Source of the DNA: Bacillota bacterium
GTDB taxonomy: Bacteria > Bacillota > DTU025
Reading direction: 5' to 3'
DNA: 64,000 nt
Assembly (NCBI GenBank): GCA_050951805.1
Contig: JBMNJT010000008.1
Coordinates: 492,998 to 556,997, forward strand
Of the stretch, positions 31,382-40,890 are shown in pieces (within the stretch, counting starts at the first letter, position 1; every line of letters starts with the position of its first letter). Made by a program: the position numbers and the translations under genes. The notes under the pieces are model-generated. The model made no database searches. It saw only the letters and a program-made list of their open reading frames with translations, and had not been told where the DNA came from.

Positions 31382-32868
31382 CATTGAGGGTTGGGGCCTA
31401 CACCGAGGCATGCAACAGGGCAATGGAGACGGCCAGAAGGCTTGGAGTTTATGCTATCGTTCGTATTCAGGACAAGACTGAGCGTGCAGTGGGCGTAATG
31501 AATGGGCAGACTGACCTGTTGAGCATCGAGGAGCTTTCAGGCGTGGGGGTACAGATCTTTACTTTTGAAGGTTACTCGGGGTTTGCATCGTCCGATATGA
31601 TAACCTTAGAGTCTCTCGAGCATCTTGTTGAGTCTGCAACGAATCTAGCCAAGGCGTCTGCTAAATACGGAGCTCAGCCTTCTCGCGAGATAAATCAGGC
31701 GAGGCCGTTGATACGCGATATCGACGTGCCCGTCCCCATGGGCCTTGACAGCATATCCCATGATGAAGAGGAACGCCTTGTCCGCGAGGTGTGCGAGACA
31801 GCAATGAAGATCGATCCAAGGCTGGCTGTTCGCTCTTTCTACCGCATCGCCAATGAACAGTGGCGCGTAGTCAGAAGCGATGGCACCGATACAATGTTCT
31901 CTATGCCCCGGTCGGCTGCGATGAACATGATTACCGCCAGAGACGGCGGACGGGCGGCAAGCGCTAACGCCTCGCTCGCAGGGGCGGACGCAAGTATTAT
32001 TGCATCTTCAGATGGGCGAAGTCGACTTGATAAGCGGACGCGGAAAGCGGCGCTCACCGCTCTTGCGCTTCTCGATGCGCCGCGCGTTGCAGCGGGCCCA
32101 TACAGGGTAGTGATAGACTACGCTTTGGCGAAGGGGCTTGCACATGAAGCTTTTGGGCATGCGGCTGAATGCGATGGAATGGAGACCTCGATTTTGGGTC
32201 TAAACGGGAAGTTTCGGAAGGGGCATCGCGTTGCATCAGATATTGTGAACATAGTCGATGGTCCCGTTGAAGGGGATTACGCGTACCAGCCGATATCGGC
32301 GAATGGGATCTTCCGCGCCACTGTCGACATTGTCCGCCGAGGCCAGCTCTGTTGCGGGCTGGCAGATATATTCTCCGCTGAGCGCGCAGGCGTTCCAGTT
32401 ACGGGAGCGGGAAGAGCGGAGAGCTTCCGCCACGTGCCCGTGCCCAGGATGACCAATATACGAATAACGGTGGAGAATCCTTTGCCCATTCACAAGGAAT
32501 TCGAAGACGTCGAGCCTGAAGACGTGAGAGATGTTCTTGCTCGCGCGGGCCTGCTCCTAGATGATGAGCCAGTGCTGTATCTTTCGGGATATAAGGGAGG
32601 CCAGGTCAACCCGGCCAAGGGTGATTTCGTCTTCAATTGTTCTGCCATCTACGAGCTGACGCATGATGACATTCGCATCTGTCAGCCCGCCATATTCAGC
32701 GGCAAGGTCCTCTCGGCCCTTGGCTCGATCATTGCAGGTATCGGCGAGCCGATGATAGATGCGATGGGTACGTGCGGGAAATCGGGGCAATCTGTCCCCT
32801 CAAGCGGGGGCGGGAATATGTTCCTTGTAATCGATGGAAATGACGAGATAACGATCGGGGGAGTATGA
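31378..32868 (+). CDS. tldD: TldD-like metalloprotease
   Basis: HEAFGHAAE (HExxGH), PRMTN, GGQVNP, GTCGKSGQ. Confidence 0.88.
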   Translation: MTLRVGAYTEACNRAMETARRLGVYAIVRIQDKTERAVGVMNGQTDLLSIEELSGVGVQIFTFEGYSGFASSDMITLESLEHLVESATNLAKASAKYGAQPSREINQARPLIRDIDVPVPMGLDSISHDEEERLVREVCETAMKIDPRLAVRSFYRIANEQWRVVRSDGTDTMFSMPRSAAMNMITARDGGRAASANASLAGADASIIASSDGRSRLDKRTRKAALTALALLDAPRVAAGPYRVVIDYALAKGLAHEAFGHAAECDGMETSILGLNGKFRKGHRVASDIVNIVDGPVEGDYAYQPISANGIFRATVDIVRRGQLCCGLADIFSAERAGVPVTGAGRAESFRHVPVPRMTNIRITVENPLPIHKEFEDVEPEDVRDVLARAGLLLDDEPVLYLSGYKGGQVNPAKGDFVFNCSAIYELTHDDIRICQPAIFSGKVLSALGSIIAGIGEPMIDAMGTCGKSGQSVPSSGGGNMFLVIDGNDEITIGGV

Positions 32869-32869
32869 A

Positions 32870-34180
32870 ATGTCCTCTGTCACTGAAATTGCTGAGGCGC
32901 TGGAGAAGACTCTTTCACAGGCGAGAGGTTGGCGGTTCGTAGCGAAATCCACGGAATCCGTGGACATAGGTGTCGACGATTCGAAACTGGGCGGAGCTTA
33001 CAGTCCCCCGAGGTCATCATCGGAGATTTCCGGGAATGTCTTCATTGTATGGGAAGATGGCCGATGCAGTCGCGGGAGAGTCGACAGCAAGATTTTGGAC
33101 CGTCTTCCGCGTGAGTTGGATCTTTGGAGATCCCTCGCCTACCGTGATGACGATGCTGCCTACATATGGGATCTGGAGTCCCCCGCTGATGTAAAGCTAT
33201 TCGATCCTAAAGTCGCTGGGGTGGTCCAGGGTGATCCTACGCCGGCGTTTGAGGGTATCGGTAGGATAGTAGAGGCTGCCCGAGACAGTGGATCAATGGT
33301 GGTGGATGCCCGGGTGTGCTGTTCGGCAGGGGAGACAGTTGTGGCAACATCAAACGGGCTGTGGGCGAAGTACTCTGAGACAGGCGCATGGTGCTACTGG
33401 TATCTCGACAAGACTCTCGGAGACGGTAGATACGGGAGGACGACCGGGACGTGGGAGGCGCTGGACGAATCGGTGGAGTGGACGGCAAGGATCGTGGATG
33501 CGGCCAGGATCCCTGCTTCCAGCAATTCAGGAACGATGCGCGTGATCATGTCGCCGAGTGTTGTGGACTCATTTATCGGCCATTATATTGCCTTCAATCT
33601 GAGTGGGGAGAACGTCGCTGAGGGGAGATCCAGGTACGAGGTCAGACAGTTTCGCGGTGGTGAGCCGGCGCTAAGAGACGATATGCAGGTAGCTTTGGAC
33701 ACTGCTGTTCCAATGGGCCCTGGCTCGTATCCGTGCACAGTGGAAGGAGTCGCCTCAGGCAGGGCTGATCTGATCAAGGATGGTAGGCTTGTTACGCCAG
33801 TGCTCAATCTGAAGTATGCTCGTAGATGCAACATGCAGCCAACTCCGCTGCCATCTCGGGGATTGTCGCCGGGTTATGCCGGGATGTTGCTGAGGACAGA
33901 GAATATGGGAGCGGCCGAGAGCTTGCTCGAGGAATGCCAGGACGCGCTGCTTGTTTGCAGCGTTCTGGGCATGCATACCCAGGACCCTGTCTCAGGTAAT
34001 TTTTCCCTGGCGGCGCCGGAGGCGATAGTCGTGAAGGGTGGTGAAATGCTCGGGTCTGTGAAGGCGGTCATATCCGGCAACTTCTTTGATGCCCTCAACT
34101 CAAGGCAAACTCGTTTGAGTCTGGATGATCAACATCCAAATCCGTGGATGGAATGTCTGTGCCATGTTGAAGTGGGGTAG
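32870..34180 (+). CDS. pmbA: TldE/PmbA-like protein
   Basis: Follows tldD; no HExxH; C-terminal GMHTQDPVSGNFSL and ISGNFFDAL. Confidence 0.8.
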   Translation: MSSVTEIAEALEKTLSQARGWRFVAKSTESVDIGVDDSKLGGAYSPPRSSSEISGNVFIVWEDGRCSRGRVDSKILDRLPRELDLWRSLAYRDDDAAYIWDLESPADVKLFDPKVAGVVQGDPTPAFEGIGRIVEAARDSGSMVVDARVCCSAGETVVATSNGLWAKYSETGAWCYWYLDKTLGDGRYGRTTGTWEALDESVEWTARIVDAARIPASSNSGTMRVIMSPSVVDSFIGHYIAFNLSGENVAEGRSRYEVRQFRGGEPALRDDMQVALDTAVPMGPGSYPCTVEGVASGRADLIKDGRLVTPVLNLKYARRCNMQPTPLPSRGLSPGYAGMLLRTENMGAAESLLEECQDALLVCSVLGMHTQDPVSGNFSLAAPEAIVVKGGEMLGSVKAVISGNFFDALNSRQTRLSLDDQHPNPWMECLCHVEVG

Positions 34181-34309
34181 ACAAGAGGGAGCTCTCACAA
34201 GAATGTTCAGTCCTGCTTTGCGCCAAGAGGCGATGGGGAGCGCGACTGCTTTCGAAGATGTCGAAGGAAGTCGACGCTGATGCATAAGAGTATTCGAAGT
34301 GGAGGGTTG

Positions 34310-35503
34310 ATGATGAAGCTGTCAGAAAGGGCTAGGGCGATCAAGCCGTCGCCCACTTTCGCGGTTGAGGCGAAGGCGCGCGAGATGCGCGCTAGGGGGA
34401 TCGATGTGATTGGATTCGGTGCCGGGGAGCCTGACTTTGACACTCCAGAACACATCCGCGATGCCGGAATTGACGCGATTAACAGCGGATTCACTCGCTA
34501 CACTCCGACGGCGGGGATTCCTGAGTTAAAGGAGGCCATCGTCGCGAAACTCCGACGTGACAACGGACTAGACTATGAGCCTTCGCAGATCATAGTCTCC
34601 TGTGGAGCCAAGCATAGCCTATACAATGCGTTTCAGGTGCTGTGCGGGCCTGGGGACGAAGTCATCATTCCTGCTCCATACTGGGTGAGCTATCCGGATC
34701 AGGTGAGGATGTCGGGGGCTCGGCCGGTGATCGTCGATACATCATCCACTGATTTCAAGATCACACCCCGTGTGCTAGCGGATGCGATTACGCCTAGGAC
34801 TCGGGCAATCATCTTGAACTCGCCGTCAAACCCAACGGGGGTGATGTACTCACAGGATGAGCTTTCGGCTATCGCCGAAATCGTTGTGGAGAATGATCTC
34901 TTTGTGGTTTCGGACGAGATCTATGAAAGGCTACTATACAGGGGAGCCGAATTTGTTTCCATAGCCGCTTTGGGCGAAGAGATAAAGGCACGGACATTGG
35001 TGGTCAACGGGGTTTCGAAAACTTATGCTATGACAGGGTGGCGGATAGGCTACGCTGCGGGAGATTCCGAGCTTATTTCCGCCATGAACAAAATCCAGAG
35101 CCACAGCACATCCAATCCTTGTTCGATTTCGCAGAGGGCAGCCTTGGCCGCGATCACAGGACCGGATGAGCCTGTCCAGTACATGGTGGAACAGTTCCGG
35201 GTGCGCGGGGAGTACATGCACGAGAGACTGAGTGGGATGCCGGGAATCGAATGTGTCGAGCCTGTCGGGGCCTTTTATTGCTTTCCGAAGGTATCAAGTT
35301 ATTACGGAAAGACTTTGGCCGGTGAAGTTGTGAAGGATTCGGTAAGTTTTGCCGACGCCATACTGGAGAAGGCCCACGTCGCTGTGGTGGCTGGCGCGGG
35401 TTTTGGGACAGAGGATTACGTAAGGATGTCGTACGCAACTTCCCTGGAGAAGATAAAGGAGGGGCTTGATAGGTTAGAGCAGGCTCTCTCCGAGATGAAG
35501 TAG
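34310..35503 (+). CDS. aspB: PLP-dependent class I aminotransferase (aspartate aminotransferase type)
   Basis: GAGEPDF, NSPSNPTG, SDEIYE, SKTYAMTGWRIGY. Confidence 0.88.
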   Translation: MMKLSERARAIKPSPTFAVEAKAREMRARGIDVIGFGAGEPDFDTPEHIRDAGIDAINSGFTRYTPTAGIPELKEAIVAKLRRDNGLDYEPSQIIVSCGAKHSLYNAFQVLCGPGDEVIIPAPYWVSYPDQVRMSGARPVIVDTSSTDFKITPRVLADAITPRTRAIILNSPSNPTGVMYSQDELSAIAEIVVENDLFVVSDEIYERLLYRGAEFVSIAALGEEIKARTLVVNGVSKTYAMTGWRIGYAAGDSELISAMNKIQSHSTSNPCSISQRAALAAITGPDEPVQYMVEQFRVRGEYMHERLSGMPGIECVEPVGAFYCFPKVSSYYGKTLAGEVVKDSVSFADAILEKAHVAVVAGAGFGTEDYVRMSYATSLEKIKEGLDRLEQALSEMK

Positions 35504-35573
35504 GTTCTTTAGCATACAGGTCGCGCATGGATCTTCCCGAATTGGCGTGACCTGTCAGGTGGAGGTGGAGTTG

Positions 35574-36386
35574 ATGAGAATAGCCATAATAGGCGGAACC
35601 GGCGTATACGACCCTCGCATACTCTCAAATGTCAGAGAGGAGACCATTGATACTCCTTACGGCGATGCTGGCCTGAGAATAGGGGAATATCGGGGTGAGG
35701 AAATCGCTTTCCTCGCGCGGCACGGATTCGGTCATACCGTTCCGCCACACATGATCAACTACAAGGCGAACATTGCGGCTCTGAAGATGCTGGGCGTTGA
35801 AAGAGTCATCGCCACGTCGGCGGTGGGCTCGCTCAACCCTGATATGCCTCCGGGCATGTTCGTCTTTTTCGATCAGTTCATCGATTTTGCCAAATCCGAG
35901 GTGCGGACTTTCTTTGATGGGGGCGAACATGGAGTAGTCCACCTCGATTACGGCGAGCCGTATTGTCCGGAGATAAGGGGCGTACTGTACGAAAAAGCAA
36001 GAAAGCTCGGGATTGAAGCCATCAATGGCGGGTGCTACGTATGCACCGACGGTCCTAGATTTGAGACTCCTGCGGAGATCAAGATGTTCGAGACTTTAGG
36101 CGGCGACCTGGTGGGAATGACGAGCGTTCCCGAAACGGTGCTGGCCCGCGAGGCCCAACTATGCTACTCATCCATTGCCATGATTACAAACTGGGCAGCG
36201 GGGATCTCACCGACCCCCCTTACCCATCAGGAAGTTGTGGATATCATGGAGGCCAACGGAGAGAAGTTGCGTTCGCTCATCATGGCAACGATAGAAGATC
36301 TGCCGCAAGAGAGGGGATGCGGGTGTGCCGCAGCGGGGGTCGACATCCCATGGCTCGACGAGTACAAGAAGACGCATTGGAGATAG
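35574..36386 (+). CDS. MTAP-family phosphorylase, probably S-methyl-5'-thioinosine phosphorylase
   Basis: IIGGTG, RHG, GPRFETPAEI, VGMT, and ITNWAAG (Asn, 6-oxopurine type) rather than VTDYD. Confidence 0.85.
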   Translation: MRIAIIGGTGVYDPRILSNVREETIDTPYGDAGLRIGEYRGEEIAFLARHGFGHTVPPHMINYKANIAALKMLGVERVIATSAVGSLNPDMPPGMFVFFDQFIDFAKSEVRTFFDGGEHGVVHLDYGEPYCPEIRGVLYEKARKLGIEAINGGCYVCTDGPRFETPAEIKMFETLGGDLVGMTSVPETVLAREAQLCYSSIAMITNWAAGISPTPLTHQEVVDIMEANGEKLRSLIMATIEDLPQERGCGCAAAGVDIPWLDEYKKTHWR

Positions 36387-36409
36387 CGTGGGGGGAGTGG
36401 GGGTAGAGC

Positions 36410-37676
36410 ATGGGCGATTCAGTTATCAGAGACGCGGGCCTCGCGCCTGAAGGACGGATCAAGATAGAGTGGGCGAGGGCTCACATGCCTGTTGTAGAGG
36501 CCATTGAGAAGGAATTTGCGCGTGATATGTCACTAGAAGGTTTGAATATCGTAGTCTGCTGTCATCTGGAGGCTAAAACCGCCAGGCTTGCCATGGCCCT
36601 CGCGGCAGGCGGCGCTAGGGTGGCCGTGACCGGGAGCAACCCATTGTCAACCCAGGATGATGTGGCTGCCGCCCTTGCTCAAGAAGACGGAATCTCGGTA
36701 TATGCCTGGCATGGGGCGACAGGAGAAGAATACCTGCAATTCCTCGACATGGCCCTCGACCTCCGGCCTGATGTACTCATGGATGATGGCGGTGACTTGG
36801 TGGGCAGGGTTCATACGGCAAGACGAGAGCTGATTCCGAAGATCCTTGGAGTGTGCGAAGAAACGACGACTGGGGTGCACCGGCTTTGCTCCATGGAGGC
36901 CGCTGGAGAGCTTGCCTTTCCTGCAGTGGCTGTGAATGATGCGAGGATGAAGCGACTCTTCGACAACAGGTATGGGACTGGCCAGTCTGCGTGGGATGCG
37001 ATCATGCGCACGACGAACCTTTCTATAGCAGGCCGTTGTGTGGTGGTTGCGGGGTATGGTTGGTGCGGAAAGGGCCTTGCGATGAGGGCGCGCGGCCTTG
37101 GCGCCGAAGTGATAGTCACCGAAGTAGATCCTGTAGCCGCGTGCGAGGCGTCGATGGATGGATTCAGGGTAATGCCCATGGAACGCGCTGCGGGAGAAGG
37201 CCAATTCTTCGTCACCGCCACAGGATGCCGGGACGTAATTCGAAGAGAGCATCTTGAGCGGATGCGCGACGGCGCTATCCTGGCCAATGCTGGACATTTC
37301 GATGTAGAAATATCAAAACCCGATCTTGCGTCGATTTCAACAGGAAGCCCGACGCAGGTTCGGCCCAATATAGAGGAATATCGCATGCCTGATGGTCGTC
37401 GCCTATATCTGCTTGCAGAGGGGCGTCTGGTTAACCTAGCCGCAGGGGATGGGCACCCTGTTGAAGTTATGGACATGAGCTTCGGTGTGCAGGCCCTCTC
37501 CATATTGCATATTGCGGAACACGGCAAGGAGCTTGAGCCGAAGCTTTACTCTGTGCCGGCTCGAGGTGGATCGACGGGTGGCAGTGCTTGCGCTCGAGGC
37601 AGCCGGTATTTGCATAGACTCTCTCAGCGAAGGACAGAGACAATACATGGCAAGCTGGCAGACTGGGACGGCATAA
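36410..37676 (+). CDS. ahcY: Adenosylhomocysteinase family hydrolase, with a +1 frameshift near 37559
   Basis: HLEAKTA, SNPLSTQD, DDGGD, EETTTG, FDNRYGTG, GYGWCGKG, GRLVNL; the natural C-terminus EVDRRVA...SW lies in the next frame and ends at 37676. Confidence 0.88.
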
Positions 37677-37778
37677 GCCTTTTTGCGATGGCAAACCGTC
37701 CCTTCTGTGGCCCGCCGATAGTCGCGAAGCAGAGCAAAGTGGGGCGTAATGAAATCAAGCAGGAGGTGCGAATGCTCA

Positions 37779-39089
37779 ATGGGCGCGCTGTTGATTGAAG
37801 ACGTAACAGTGATTACCATGGACAAATACAGGCGCATAATTCCCAAAGGCGCTGTGCTTGCCGAGTCGGGGAAGATAACGTTTGTGGGTTCGGTCGACGA
37901 AGTCCCCAATGATCTTCCTGCGAACCTTGGGCGAATCTCTGGACGTGGTCGAATTGCCATGCCCGGATTCGTAAACACGCATACCCATGCTGCAATGACA
38001 TTATTTAGAGGATATGCTGATGATCTGCCATTGCAGGAATGGCTTGAAACGAAGATCTTTCCTATAGAGGCTAGGCTCTCGGCCGAGGATGTATATTGGG
38101 GAACTCTCCTCGCCTGCATGGAAATGATAAGGTCTGGAACCACGACCTTTGCCGACATGTATTTTTTCATGGACGAGGCGGCCAAGGCTGTTGAGGAATC
38201 GGGGATCAGGGCATGTCTCTCGATTGGCATGGGTTCTCTTGATGGAAAGGGCGATGAGAAGCTCGCCAAGAGCGTGGAGTTTTGCCAGAGGTGGCAAGGG
38301 GCTGCCGGAGGAAGGATAACAACGATGCTAGGCCCGCATGCCCCGTATACTTGCTCACGCAGTTTCCTTTCCAAGGTTGCGAAGAGCGCTGTTGATTTGG
38401 GTGTAGGAGTCCATATACATATATCCGAAACGGAGCGGGAAGTAGAGGACTGCAAAAGGCAATTTAGGATGAGCCCTGTGGGGTTTGTCGAGGCTAGTGG
38501 TGTTTTCCAGGCACCTGTTCTGGCAGCCCACTGTGTCGCTGTATCGGATCAGGATATAGAGATCCTTGCGGAGCACGATGTAAGGGTTGCCCACAATCCT
38601 GGCTCCAACATGAAACTGGCTTCGGGTGTATCTCCGGTACCCAAAATGATGAGGGCAGGAATCACGGTGGGACTTGGCACCGACGGCGCTGCAAGCAATA
38701 ACAATTTGGACATGATAGAGGAAATGCGGCTCGCTGCATTGTTGCACAAAGTATCTCTAAAGGAATCTACTGCCATGCCTGCACGGACTTGCCTTGAAAT
38801 GGCAACGATTGACGGTGCTGCATGCCTAGGACTTGAAGATTCCGTGGGATCTTTGGAGGTTGGCAAGAGGGCGGACATTATCCTCATCGATTTCGATGCC
38901 CCTCATCTGACGCCGACATCCACTGTGGATCTTGCGTCACATATTGTCTACTCATCGTGTGGCGCGGATGTAAGCACCGTGGTGATCGACGGGGTAGTTG
39001 TGATGGACGACAGGAAGATCATTGGGATCGACGAGGAAAAGGTCATGTCTGAGGTAGACAGGCGGGCTCTGCGACTCGTTATTGGCTGA
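37779..39089 (+). CDS. mtaD: 5'-methylthioadenosine/S-adenosylhomocysteine deaminase
   Basis: PGFVNTHTHAAM, PHAPYTC, HIHISET, AHCV, HNPGSNMKLASG, GTDGAASNN. Confidence 0.9.
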   Translation: MGALLIEDVTVITMDKYRRIIPKGAVLAESGKITFVGSVDEVPNDLPANLGRISGRGRIAMPGFVNTHTHAAMTLFRGYADDLPLQEWLETKIFPIEARLSAEDVYWGTLLACMEMIRSGTTTFADMYFFMDEAAKAVEESGIRACLSIGMGSLDGKGDEKLAKSVEFCQRWQGAAGGRITTMLGPHAPYTCSRSFLSKVAKSAVDLGVGVHIHISETEREVEDCKRQFRMSPVGFVEASGVFQAPVLAAHCVAVSDQDIEILAEHDVRVAHNPGSNMKLASGVSPVPKMMRAGITVGLGTDGAASNNNLDMIEEMRLAALLHKVSLKESTAMPARTCLEMATIDGAACLGLEDSVGSLEVGKRADIILIDFDAPHLTPTSTVDLASHIVYSSCGADVSTVVIDGVVVMDDRKIIGIDEEKVMSEVDRRALRLVIG

Positions 39090-39494
39090 TCTGAGCGCGT
39101 GTTAAGGGGTGTTCTAGCTTTTTGCGGAAGCTAAGGCGCGAACTTTGGGCGGAAGGAACTCCGTGATCGTGCAGAGAGAATGTGACGACTATACGCGACA
39201 GCTGGGAGCGGAGTCTTGTTACCGCACCCATGGAGACCCGCAATCCCCGCACGGAGGTTGTTCTCGTGGGTACGTTGCACCGATGCGTTCGGGGATATGA
39301 TGACAGCGTCTGTTGCTGCCATACGTGTGGGAGCACGCAGATTCTCCGGTCGGCAGTTCTTTTTGGACACTGCTTGACCGGATCTTTTTCAAAAATAACC
39401 TTCTGGTCCTGGTTTAGCCATATGCAGGCCGGATTTGTGCTAATAAGCGAGGAACTCGAGCGGCAGACTATGCTCGAAAGGGGGTTAGTGTCGG

Positions 39495-39935
39495 GTGTTG
39501 TGGCAGAGGCGGCAGATGCCAGGCGCCGATATGGAGATTGCTTCGGAGACAGACTTGGGGGCCAAGAGCCCGAAGGAAAGAGGCACGAGGTCGGGGACTG
39601 GCAGATCTGCCCAGAAAGATACCCATCTCACAGGCGGAGTGTCAGTTTCTCCAATGCCCATAACCGCAGGAGAAGAAGTCACGGTTAAATACAATGGCCT
39701 TTTGGCCCAGTCGGGTGCGGATAGCGTCTATTTGCATGCAGGATTCGGGGCAGCCGGAAGTTGGCACGATGTGGTTGACATTGCGATGTTACAGGAGAAG
39801 CCAGGCGTATGGAAGGCAACTTTGCCGTTGGTTCCCGAAGAGACGTCTCGACTCAATTTCTGCTTTAAGGACCGAGCCGAAAACTGGGACAATAATTACG
39901 GCCTAAACTGGAGCTTTGATATACACAACGGATAG
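39495..39935 (+). CDS. Stand-alone starch/carbohydrate-binding module protein
   Basis: YNGLLAQSGADSVYLHAGFG...W, LNFCFKDRAENWDNNYGLNW; start uncertain. Confidence 0.8.
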   Translation: MLWQRRQMPGADMEIASETDLGAKSPKERGTRSGTGRSAQKDTHLTGGVSVSPMPITAGEEVTVKYNGLLAQSGADSVYLHAGFGAAGSWHDVVDIAMLQEKPGVWKATLPLVPEETSRLNFCFKDRAENWDNNYGLNWSFDIHNG

Positions 39936-40874
39936 ATCCGAATGCCATGGATGCTTCCCGTTCCCGTGCCGCCTGGGCGGGTTCCTCAGAAGTTCGATTA
40001 TTGGCCGGGGCGACAATGGCAAGCAGAGGCGAGGCCCACGCTCGCTTCTGTTCTTGTATTTACCCAGAAACAGTTACCGAGAGGAGTTGAACGTTTAAGG
40101 CGGCGCATGAGGAAGCTCTAGAACATGCTCATGTCTGGACCTCGCCTTTTAGGAGGAATCTGCCGCATAAATACCAAGAAGCATCCATGGAATTCCATAA
40201 GCCTCGTATTCTGACGTGTGTTGGAGCATCGAGTCATCGTGGGTGGGGATGATTGCCGATACGCTGCATACTTCGAAAACAACGGCTGCAATTGCGACTT
40301 ATCATAAGAGCAGTATGAGGGGACAATTCCCCGCTCAGGAGCAAAAAGAATTTTCGCAACTGAGGCTGAAGCTATTCGACATTCCACACGCTAAATGAAA
40401 GCCAAGATGCGGGGAAGATGAATAGGCTGAAACAGTCTGTGGACTATGCAATCCGGGTGTATAGGCTTTTCGATATGATCAACGGATATTTAGATGAGGG
40501 CTGAACATCAGAACTACAGATACTGCGACATTCGACGATGCTCTGTATGTCCAGACTCCATTTACAAATGTCGTGAACGCTTGGAACAAATAGGTTGTTA
40601 TGAAGGTAAAACGAGAGAGCTACCACCTGGTGCGCGATGGGGTGACGCCGAAGGGGGAAATTATATCGAACAATCATGGAGTTACCTAGTCTGCGCACAA
40701 GCACACCTGAAAAACGCGACTGCGCGGGGCGTAACGCTGAACCACCGGCAAGTTGGCTAGCTGGTGCGGGAGACTCCATCCGCCAAAGCAGAACAAATGG
40801 GGGATAGGGGACCGTAGCAGCACAATACGTGGCCAGGCCGAAACGGATATGCGAAACCCTGTATTTTCGTTTTG

Positions 40875-40890
40875 CGAGTTGCTCGAACAC
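40875..40890 (+). repeat. 16-bp target-site duplication, left copy
   Basis: CGAGTTGCTCGAACAC, identical to 42486-42501. Confidence 0.92.

Noticed and set aside
37550-37565. Programmed frameshift in ahcY
   Set aside because: No slippery sequence or stimulatory element; a single-base error is simpler.
39131-39400. Cys-rich small ORFs between mtaD and the carbohydrate-binding gene
   Set aside because: No consistent frame, RBS or recognisable motif.
39960-39985. ZMP/ZTP riboswitch-like GCCGCCTGGGC
   Set aside because: The 5' domain (GACTGGCG...GTGG) is absent and no purine or folate gene follows.
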